From the human T2T-CHM13v2.0 reference genome, Homo sapiens: a stretch of 64,000 bases of DNA. The notes below the pieces were generated by a model. That model saw nothing but the letters and a program-made list of their open reading frames with translations. It was not told the origin of the DNA and did not search any database. Position numbers and translations under genes: made by a program. The number at the start of each line of letters is the position of its first letter. Positions within the stretch are counted from its first letter, which is position 1. Below, piece after piece: positions 50,501 to 62,500 of this stretch. The stretch is taken from NCBI RefSeq assembly GCF_009914755.1, contig NC_060927.1. The stretch is one strand, 5' to 3'.

Positions 50501-53500
50501 GGAACGTTCAACTCTGTGAGTTGAATACACACACACAGAAAGAATTCACTGAGAATTCTTCTGTCTGGCATTACATGAAGAAATCCCGTTTCCAACGAAG
50601 GCCTCAAAGAGGTCCAAATATCCACTTGCAGATTCTGCAAAAAGAGTGTTTCAAAACCGCTCTATTAAAAGGAATGTTGAACTCTGTGAGTTGAATGCAA
50701 ACATCACAACTCAGTTTCTGAGAATGCTTCTGACTAGATTTTATGGTAAGATATTTCCTTTTCTACCGTAGGCTTCAATGCCCTCTAAATACACCCTTGC
50801 AAATTCTACAAAGAGACTGTTTAATAACTGCTCTATAGGAAGAAAGGTTGAACTCTGTGAGTTGAATGCAGAGATCACAACGTGGTTTCTGCGAATGATT
50901 CTTTGTAGTTTTTACATGAAGATATTTCGTTGTCTACCGTAGGCTTCAAAGCACTCAAAGTATTCACTTGGAACTTTTACAAAAAGAGTGTTAGAAAACT
51001 GCTCTTTCCAAAGTAAGGTTCAACTCTGTGAGTTGAATGCACACATAACAAACAAGAAGTTTCTGAGAATCCTTCTGTCCTGGTTTATATGAAAAAATCC
51101 CGTTTCCAACGAAGGCCTCAAAGACGTTTAAATATCCACTTGCAGACTTCACAAACAGAGTGTTTCCAAACTGCTCTATGAAAAGAAAGGTTAAACTCTG
51201 TGAGTTGAACGCACACATCACAAAGTAGTTTCTGAGAATGATACTGTCTAGTTTTTATACGGAGATATTTCCTTTCCTTCCATTGGCGTCAAAGCGCTAG
51301 AATTCTCCACTTGCAAATTCCACAAAAAGAGTGTTTCCAATCTGCTCTGTCTAAAGGAAGGTTCAACTCTGTGAGTTGAATACACACACACAAAGAAGCT
51401 ACTGAGAATTCTTTTGTCAAGAATTATAAGAAGAAATCCCGTTTCCAACGAAGGCCTCAAAGAGTTCCAAATATCCACTTGCACACTGTACAAACTAAGT
51501 CTTTCCAAACTGCTCTATGCAAAGAAATGTTCAACTCTGTGAGTTTAATGCACACATCACAAAGCAGTTTCTGAGAATGATTCCGTCTAGTTTTTATACG
51601 AAGATAGCCTTTTCTACCATTGGCCTCAAGGCTCTTGAAATCTCCACCTGAAAATTCCGCAAAAAGCGTGTTTCCAATCCGCTCTGTCTAAAGGAAGGTT
51701 CAACTCTCTGAGTTGAATACATACATCCCAAAAGAAGTTACTGCGAATTCTTCTGTCTAGCATTATGTGAAGAAATCCCGTTTCCAACGAAAGCCTCCAA
51801 GAGGTCCAAATATCCAGTTGCAGAATTTACAAACTGACTGTTTCCAAACTCATCTATGAAAAGAAAGGTTAAACTCTGTGAGTTGAATGCACATATCACA
51901 AAGTAGTTCCTGAGAATGATTCTGTCTAGTTTTTATACGAAGATATTTCCTTTTCCACCAATGGCCTCAAAGTGCTTGAAATCTCCCCTTGCAAATTCCA
52001 CAGAAAAGTGTTTCAAATCTGCACTGTCTAAAGGAAGGTTCAACCCTGTGAGTTGAATACACACACACAGAAAAAAATTCACTGAGAATTCTATTGTCTA
52101 TCATTACACGAAGAAATCCTGTTTACTACGAAGGCCTCAAAGAGGTCCAAATATCCAGCTGCAGACATTACAAACTGAGTGTTTCCAAAGTGCTCTATGA
52201 AAAGAAGTGTTAAACACTGTGAGTTCAATGCACACATCCCAAAGCAGTTTCTGAGAATGATTCCGTCTATTTTTTCTACGAAGATATTTCCTTTTCTACC
52301 GTTGGCCTCAAAGCGCTTGAAATCTCCACTTGCAAATTCCACGAAAAGAGAGTTTCAAATCTGCTCTGTCTAAAGGAAGGTTCCACTCTGTGAGTTGAAT
52401 ACACACCACAAAAAGAAGTTACTGAGAATTCTTCTGTCTAGCATTATATGAAAAATCCCGTTCCCAACGAAGGCCACAAAGAGGTCCAAATATCCACTTG
52501 CAGATTCTGCAAAAAGAGTGTTTCCAAACTGCTCTATGAAAAGAAACGTTAAACTCTGTGAGTTGAACGCAAACATCACAAAGTAGTTTCTGAGAATGAC
52601 TCCGTCTAGTTTTTATACGAAGATATTTCCTTTTCTACCGTTGGCCTCAAAGCGCTTGAAGTCTCCCCCTGAAAATTCCACAAAAAGTGTTTCCAATCTG
52701 CTCCGCCTAAAGGAAGCTTCAACTCTGTGAGTTGAATACCCACAACACAAAGAAGTTACTGAGAATTCTTCTGTCTCGCATTATATGAAGAAATCCCGTT
52801 TCCAACGAAGGCCTCAAATACATCCACATATCCAGTTGCTGACTTTACAAACTGAGTGTTTCCAAACTGCTCTATGAAAAGAAAGGTTAAACACTGTGAG
52901 TTGAACACACACGTACCAAAGTAGTTTCTGAGAATGATTCTGTCTAGTTTGCATACAAAGATATTTCCTTTTCTACCACTGGCCTCAAAGCTTTGAAATC
53001 TCCACTTGCAAATTCCACAAAAAGAGAGTTTCAAATCTGCTGTTTCTAAAGGAAAGTTCAACTCTGAGAGTTGAATACACACCAGAAAAAGCAGTTACTG
53101 AGAAGTCTTCTGTCTAGCATTATATGAAGAAATCCCATTTCCAAAGAAGACTTCAAACAGGTCCAAATATCCACTTGCAGATTCTGCAAAAAGAGTGTTT
53201 CGAAACAACTGTATGAAAAGAAAGGTTAAACACTGTGAGTTGAACGCACCCATTGCAAAGCATTTTCTGACAATGATTCCGTCTAATTATTATACGAAGG
53301 TATTTCCTTTTCTATCATGGGCCTCAAAGCGCTTGATACCTCCACCTGAAAATTCCACAAAAAGAGTGTTTCCAATCTACTCTGTCTAAAGGAACGTTCA
53401 ACTCTGTGAGTTGAATACACACACACAGAAAGAATTCACTGAGAATTCTTCTGTCTGGCATTACATGAAGAAATCCCGTTTCCAACGAAGGCCTCAAAGA

Positions 53501-56500
53501 GGTCCAAATATCCACTTGCAGATTCTGCAAAAAGAGTGTTTCAAAACCGCTCTATTAAAAGGAATGTTGAACTCTGTGAGTTGAATGCAAACATCACAAC
53601 TCAGTTTCTGAGAATGCTTCTGACTAGATTTTATGGTAAGATATTTCCTTTTCTACCGTAGGCTTCAATGCCCTCTAAATACACCCTTGCAAATTCTACA
53701 AAGAGACTGTTTAATAACTGCTCTATAGGAAGAAAGGTTGAACTCTGTGAGTTGAATGCAGAGATCACAACGTGGTTTCTGCGAATGATTCTTTGTAGTT
53801 TTTACATGAAGATATTTCGTTGTCTACCGTAGGCTTCAAAGCACTCAAAGTATTCACTTGGAACTTTTACAAAAAGAGTGTTAGAAAACTGCTCTTTCCA
53901 AAGTAAGGTTCAACTCTGTGAGTTGAATGCACACATAACAAACAAGAAGTTTCTGAGAATCCTTCTGTCCTGGTTTATATGAAAAAATCCCGTTTCCAAC
54001 GAAGGCCTCAAAGACGTTTAAATATCCACTTGCAGACTTCACAAACAGAGTGTTTCCAAACTGCTCTATGAAAAGAAAGGTTAAACTCTGTGAGTTGAAC
54101 GCACACATCACAAAGTAGTTTCTGAGAATGATACTGTCTAGTTTTTATACGGAGATATTTCCTTTCCTTCCATTGGCGTCAAAGCGCTAGAATTCTCCAC
54201 TTGCAAATTCCACAAAAAGAGTGTTTCCAATCTGCTCTGTCTAAAGGAAGGTTCAACTCTGTGAGTTGAATACACACACACAAAGAAGCTACTGAGAATT
54301 CTTTTGTCAAGAATTATAAGAAGAAATCCCGTTTCCAACGAAGGCCTCAAAGAGTTCCAAATATCCACTTGCACACTGTACAAACTAAGTCTTTCCAAAC
54401 TGCTCTATGCAAAGAAATGTTCAACTCTGTGAGTTTAATGCACACATCACAAAGCAGTTTCTGAGAATGATTCCGTCTAGTTTTTATACGAAGATAGCCT
54501 TTTCTACCATTGGCCTCAAGGCTCTTGAAATCTCCACCTGAAAATTCCGCAAAAAGCGTGTTTCCAATCCGCTCTGTCTAAAGGAAGGTTCAACTCTCTG
54601 AGTTGAATACATACATCCCAAAAGAAGTTACTGCGAATTCTTCTGTCTAGCATTATGTGAAGAAATCCCGTTTCCAACGAAAGCCTCCAAGAGGTCCAAA
54701 TATCCAGTTGCAGAATTTACAAACTGACTGTTTCCAAACTCATCTATGAAAAGAAAGGTTAAACTCTGTGAGTTGAATGCACATATCACAAAGTAGTTCC
54801 TGAGAATGATTCTGTCTAGTTTTTATACGAAGATATTTCCTTTTCCACCAATGGCCTCAAAGTGCTTGAAATCTCCCCTTGCAAATTCCACAGAAAAGTG
54901 TTTCAAATCTGCACTGTCTAAAGGAAGGTTCAACCCTGTGAGTTGAATACACACACACAGAAAAAAATTCACTGAGAATTCTATTGTCTATCATTACACG
55001 AAGAAATCCCGTTTACTACGAAGGCCTCAAAGAGGTCCAAATATCCAGCTGCAGACATTACAAACTGAGTGTTTCCAAAGTGCTCTATGAAAAGAAGTGT
55101 TAAACACTGTGAGTTCAATGCACACATCCCAAAGCAGTTTCTGAGAATGATTCCGTCTATTTTTTCTACGAAGATATTTCCTTTTCTACCGTTGGCCTCA
55201 AAGCGCCTGAAATCTCCACTTGCAAATTCCACGAAAAGAGAGTTTCAAATCTGCTCTGTCTAAAGGAAGGTTCCACTCTGTGAGTTGAATACACACCACA
55301 AAAAGAAGTTACTGAGAATTCTTCTGTCTAGCATTATATGAAAAATCCCGTTTCCAACGAAGGCCACAAAGAGGTCCAAATATCCACTTGCAGATTCTGC
55401 AAAAAGAGTGTTTCCAAACTGCTCTATGAAAAGAAACGTTAAACTCTGTGAGTTGAACGCAAACATCACAAAGTAGTTTCTGAGAATGACTCCGTCTAGT
55501 TTTTATACGAAGATATTTCCTTTTCTACCGTTGGCCTCAAAGCGCTTGAAGTCTCCCCCTGAAAATTCCACAAAAAGTGTTTCCAATCTGCTCCGCCTAA
55601 AGGAAGCTTCAACTCTGTGAGTTGAATACCCACAACACAAAGAAGTTACTGAGAATTCTTCTGTCTCGCATTATATGAAGAAATCCCGTTTCCAACGAAG
55701 GCCTCAAATACATCCACATATCCAGTTGCTGACTTTACAAACTGAGTGTTTCCAAACTGCTCTATGAAAAGAAAGGTTAAACACTGTGAGTTGAACACAC
55801 ACGTACCAAAGTAGTTTCTGAGAATGATTCTGTCTAGTTTGCATACAAAGATATTTCCTTTTCTACCACTGGCCTCAAAGCTTTGAAATCTCCACTTGCA
55901 AATTCCACAAAAAGAGAGTTTCAAATCTGCTGTTTCTAAAGGAAAGTTCAACTCTGAGAGTTGAATACACACCAGAAAAAGCAGTTACTGAGAAGTCTTC
56001 TGTCTAGCATTATATGAAGAAATCCCATTTCCAAAGAAGACTTCAAACAGGTCCAAATATCCACTTGCAGATTCTGCAAAAAGAGTGTTTCGAAACAACT
56101 GTATGAAAAGAAAGGTTAAACACTGTGAGTTGAATGCACCCATTGCAAAGCATTTTCTGAGAATGATTCCGTCTAATTATTATACGAAGGTATTTCCTTT
56201 TCTATCATGGGCCTCAAAGCGCTTGATACCTCCACCTGAAAATTCCACAAAAAGAGTGTTTCCAATCTACTCTGTCTAAAGGAACGTTCAACTCTGTGAG
56301 TTGAATACACACACACAGAAAGAATTCACTGAGAATTCTTCTGTCTGGCATTACATGAAGAAATCCCGTTTCCAACGAAGGCCTCAAAGAGGTCCAAATA
56401 TCCACTTGCAGATTCTGCAAAAAGAGTGTTTCAAAACCGCTCTATTAAAAGGAATGTTGAACTCTGTGAGTTGAATGCAAACATCACAACTCAGTTTCTG

Positions 56501-59500
56501 AGAATGCTTCTGACTAGATTTTATGGTAAGATATTTCCTTTTCTACCGTAGGCTTCAATGCCCTCTAAATACACCCTTGCAAATTCTACAAAGAGACTGT
56601 TTAATAACTGCTCTATAGGAAGAAAGGTTGAACTCTGTGAGTTGAATGCAGAGATCACAACGTGGTTTCTGCGAATGATTCTTTGTAGTTTTTACATGAA
56701 GATATTTCGTTGTCTACCGTAGGCTTCAAAGCACTCAAAGTATTCACTTGGAACTTTTACAAAAAGAGTGTTAGAAAACTGCTCTTTCCAAAGTAAGGTT
56801 CAACTCTGTGAGTTGAATGCACACATAACAAACAAGAAGTTTCTGAGAATCCTTCTGTCCTGGTTTATATGAAAAAATCCCGTTTCCAACGAAGGCCTCA
56901 AAGACGTTTAAATATCCACTTGCAGACTTCACAAACAGAGTGTTTCCAAACTGCTCTATGAAAAGAAAGGTTAAACTCTGTGAGTTGAACGCACACATCA
57001 CAAAGTAGTTTCTGAGAATGATACTGTCTAGTTTTTATACGGAGATATTTCCTTTCCTTCCATTGGCGTCAAAGCGCTAGAATTCTCCACTTGCAAATTC
57101 CACAAAAAGAGTGTTTCCAATCTGCTCTGTCTAAAGGAAGGTTCAACTCTGTGAGTTGAATACACACACACAAAGAAGCTACTGAGAATTCTTTTGTCAA
57201 GAATTATAAGAAGAAATCCCGTTTCCAACGAAGGCCTCAAAGAGTTCCAAATATCCACTTGCACACTGTACAAACTAAGTCTTTCCAAACTGCTCTATGC
57301 AAAGAAATGTTCAACTCTGTGAGTTTAATGCACACATCACAAAGCAGTTTCTGAGAATGATTCCGTCTAGTTTTTATACGAAGATAGCCTTTTCTACCAT
57401 TGGCCTCAAGGCTCTTGAAATCTCCACCTGAAAATTCCGCAAAAAGCGTGTTTCCAATCCGCTCTGTCTAAAGGAAGGTTCAACTCTCTGAGTTGAATAC
57501 ATACATCCCAAAAGAAGTTACTGCGAATTCTTCTGTCTAGCATTATGTGAAGAAATCCCGTTTCCAACGAAAGCCTCCAAGAGGTCCAAATATCCAGTTG
57601 CAGAATTTACAAACTGACTGTTTCCAAACTCATCTATGAAAAGAAAGGTTAAACTCTGTGAGTTGAATGCACATATCACAAAGTAGTTCCTGAGAATGAT
57701 TCTGTCTAGTTTTTATACGAAGATATTTCCTTTTCCACCAATGGCCTCAAAGTGCTTGAAATCTCCCCTTGCAAATTCCACAGAAAAGTGTTTCAAATCT
57801 GCACTGTCTAAAGGAAGGTTCAACCCTGTGAGTTGAATAAACACACACAGAAAAAAATTCACTGAGAATTCTATTGTCTATCATTACACGAAGAAATCCC
57901 GTTTACTACGAAGGCCTCAAAGAGGTCCAAATATCCAGCTGCAGACATTACAAACTGAGTGTTTCCAAAGTGCTCTATGAAAAGAAGTGTTAAACACTGT
58001 GAGTTCAATGCACACATCCCAAAGCAGTTTCTGAGAATGATTCCGTCTATTTTTTCTACGAAGATATTTCCTTTTCTACCGTTGGCCTCAAAGCGCCTGA
58101 AATCTCCACTTGCAAATTCCACGAAAAGAGAGTTTCAAATCTGCTCTGTCTAAAGGAAGGTTCCACTCTGTGAGTTGAATACACACCACAAAAAGAAGTT
58201 ACTGAGAATTCTTCTGTCTAGCATTATATGAAAAATCCCGTTTCCAACGAAGGCCACAAAGAGGTCCAAATATCCACTTGCAGATTCTGCAAAAAGAGTG
58301 TTTCCAAACTGCTCTATGAAAAGAAACGTTAAACTCTGTGAGTTGAACGCAAACATCACAAAGTAGTTTCTGAGAATGACTCCGTCTAGTTTTTATACGA
58401 AGATATTTCCTTTTCTACCGTTGGCCTCAAAGCGCTTGAAGTCTCCCCCTGAAAATTCCACAAAAAGTGTTTCCAATCTGCTCCGCCTAAAGGAAGCTTC
58501 AACTCTGTGAGTTGAATACCCACAACACAAAGAAGTTACTGAGAATTCTTCTGTCTCGCATTATATGAAGAAATCCCGTTTCCAACGAAGGCCTCAAATA
58601 CATCCACATATCCAGTTGCTGACTTTACAAACTGAGTGTTTCCAAACTGCTCTATGAAAAGAAAGGTTAAACACTGTGAGTTGAACACACACGTACCAAA
58701 GTAGTTTCTGAGAATGATTCTGTCTAGTTTGCATACAAAGATATTTCCTTTTCTACCACTGGCCTCAAAGCTTTGAAATCTCCACTTGCAAATTCCACAA
58801 AAAGAGAGTTTCAAATCTGCTGTTTCTAAAGGAAAGTTCAACTCTGAGAGTTGAATACACACCAGAAAAAGCAGTTACTGAGAAGTCTTCTGTCTAGCAT
58901 TATATGAAGAAATCCCATTTCCAAAGAAGACTTCAAACAGGTCCAAATATCCACTTGCAGATTCTGCAAAAAGAGTGTTTCGAAACAACTGTATGAAAAG
59001 AAAGGTTAAACACTGTGAGTTGAACGCACCCATTGCAAAGCATTTTCTGACAATGATTCCGTCTAATTATTATACGAAGGTATTTCCTTTTCTATCATGG
59101 GCCTCAAAGCACTTGATACCTCCACCTGAAAATTCCACAAAAAGAGTGTTTCCAATCTACTCTGTCTAAAGGAACGTTCAACTCTGTGAGTTGAATACAC
59201 ACACACAGAAAGAATTCACTGAGAATTCTTCTGTCTGGCATTACATGAAGAAATCCCGTTTCCAACGAAGGCCTCAAAGAGGTCCAAATATCCACTTGCA
59301 GATTCTGCAAAAAGAGTGTTTCAAAACCGCTCTATTAAAAGGAATGTTGAACTCTGTGAGTTGAATGCAAACATCACAACTCAGTTTCTGAGAATGCTTC
59401 TGACTAGATTTTATGGTAAGATATTTCCTTTTCTACCGTAGGCTTCAATGCCCTCTAAATACACCCTTGCAAATTCTACAAAGAGACTGTTTAATAACTG

Positions 59501-62500
59501 CTCTATAGGAAGAAAGGTTGAACTCTGTGAGTTGAATGCAGAGATCACAACGTGGTTTCTGCGAATGATTCTTTGTAGTTTTTACATGAAGATATTTCGT
59601 TGTCTACCGTAGGCTTCAAAGCACTCAAAGTATTCACTTGGAACTTTTACAAAAAGAGTGTTAGAAAACTGCTCTTTCCAAAGTAAGGTTCAACTCTGTG
59701 AGTTGAATGCACACATAACAAACAAGAAGTTTCTGAGAATCCTTCTGTCCTGGTTTATATGAAAAAATCCCGTTTCCAACGAAGGCCTCAAAGACGTTTA
59801 AATATCCACTTGCAGACTTCACAAACAGAGTGTTTCCAAACTGCTCTATGAAAAGAAAGGTTAAACTCTGTGAGTTGAACGCACACATCACAAAGTAGTT
59901 TCTGAGAATGATACTGTCTAGTTTTTATACGGAGATATTTCCTTTCCTTCCATTGGCGTCAAAGCGCTAGAATTCTCCACTTGCAAATTCCACAAAAAGA
60001 GTGTTTCCAATCTGCTCTGTCTAAAGGAAGGTTCAACTGTGTGAGTTGAATACACACACACAAAGAAGCTACTGAGAATTCTTTTGTCAAGAATTATAAG
60101 AAGAAATCCCGTTTCCAACGAAGGCCTCAAAGAGTTCCAAATATCCACTTGCACACTGTACAAACTAAGTCTTTCCAAACTGCTCTATGCAAAGAAATGT
60201 TCAACTCTGTGAGTTTAATGCACACATCACAAAGCAGTTTCTGAGAATGATTCCGTCTAGTTTTTATACGAAGATAGCCTTTTCTACCATTGGCCTCAAG
60301 GCTCTTGAAATCTCCACCTGAAAATTCCGCAAAAAGCGTGTTTCCAATCCGCTCTGTCTAAAGGAAGGTTCAACTCTCTGAGTTGAATACATACATCCCA
60401 AAAGAAGTTACTGCGAATTCTTCTGTCTAGCATTATGTGAAGAAATCCCGTTTCCAACGAAAGCCTCCAAGAGGTCCAAATATCCAGTTGCAGAATTTAC
60501 AAACTGACTGTTTCCAAACTCATCTATGAAAAGAAAGGTTAAACTCTGTGAGTTGAATGCACATATCACAAAGTAGTTCCTGAGAATGATTCTGTCTAGT
60601 TTTTATACGAAGATATTTCCTTTTCCACCAATGGCCTCAAAGTGCTTGAAATCTCCCCTTGCAAATTCCACAGAAAAGTGTTTCAAATCTGCACTGTCTA
60701 AAGGAAGGTTCAACCCTGTGAGTTGAATACACACACACAGAAACAAATTCACTGAGAATTCTATTGTCTATCATTACACGAAGAAATCCCGTTTACTACG
60801 AAGGCCTCAAAGAGGTCCAAATATCCAGCTGCAGACATTACAAACTGAGTGTTTCCAAAGTGCTCTATGAAAAGAAGTGTTAAACACTGTGAGTTCAATG
60901 CACACATCCCAAAGCAGTTTCTGAGAATGATTCCGTCTATTTTTTCTACGAAGATATTTCCTTTTCTACCGTTGGCCTCAAAGCGCTTGAAATCTCCACT
61001 TGCAAATTCCACGAAAAGAGAGTTTCAAATCTGCTCTGTCTAAAGGAAGGTTCCACTCTGTGAGTTGAATACACACCACAAAAAGAAGTTACTGAGAATT
61101 CTTCTGTCTAGCATTATATGAAAAATCCCGTTTCCAACGAAGGCCACAAAGAGGTCCAAATATCCACTTGCAGATTCTGCAAAAAGAGTGTTTCCAAACT
61201 GCTCTATGAAAAGAAACGTTAAACTCTGTGAGTTGAACGCAAACATCACAAAGTAGTTTCTGAGAATGACTCCGTCTAGTTTTTATACGAAGATATTTCC
61301 TTTTCTACCGTTGGCCTCAAAGCGCTTGAAGTCTCCCCCTGAAAATTCCACAAAAAGTGTTTCCAATCTGCTCCGCCTAAAGGAAGCTTCAACTCTGTGA
61401 GTTGAATACCCACAACACAAAGAAGTTACTGAGAATTCTTCTGTCTCGCATTATATGAAGAAATCCCGTTTCCAACGAAGGCCTCAAATACATCCACATA
61501 TCCAGTTGCTGACTTTACAAACTGAGTGTTTCCAAACTGCTCTATGAAAAGAAAGGTTAAACACTGTGAGTTGAACACACACGTACCAAAGTAGTTTCTG
61601 AGAATGATTCTGTCTAGTTTGCATACAAAGATATTTCCTTTTCTACCACTGGCCTCAAAGCTTTGAAATCTCCACTTGCAAATTCCACAAAAAGAGAGTT
61701 TCAAATCTGCTGTTTCTAAAGGAAAGTTCAACTCTGAGAGTTGAATACACACCAGAAAAAGCAGTTACTGAGAAGTCTTCTGTCTAGCATTATATGAAGA
61801 AATCCCATTTCCAAAGAAGACTTCAAACAGGTCCAAATATCCACTTGCAGATTCTGCAAAAAGAGTGTTTCGAAACAACTGTATGAAAAGAAAGGTTAAA
61901 CACTGTGAGTTGAACGCACCCATTGCAAAGCATTTTCTGACAATGATTCCGTCTAATTATTATACGAAGGTATTTCCTTTTCTATCATGGGCCTCAAAGC
62001 GCTTGATACCTCCACCTGAAAATTCCACAAAAAGAGTGTTTCCAATCTACTCTGTCTAAAGGAACGTTCAACTCTGTGAGTTGAATACACACACACAGAA
62101 AGAATTCACTGAGAATTCTTCTGTCTGGCATTACATGAAGAAATCCCGTTTCCAACGAAGGCCTCAAAGAGGTCCAAATATCCACTTGCAGATTCTGCAA
62201 AAAGAGTGTTTCAAAACCGCTCTATTAAAAGGAATGTTGAACTCTGTGAGTTGAATGCAAACATCACAACTCAGTTTCTGAGAATGCTTCTGACTAGATT
62301 TTATGGTAAGATATTTCCTTTTCTACCGTAGGCTTCAATGCCCTCTAAATACACCCTTGCAAATTCTACAAAGAGACTGTTTAATAACTGCTCTATAGGA
62401 AGAAAGGTTGAACTCTGTGAGTTGAATGCAGAGATCACAACGTGGTTTCTGCGAATGATTCTTTGTAGTTTTTACATGAAGATATTTCGTTGTCTACCGT

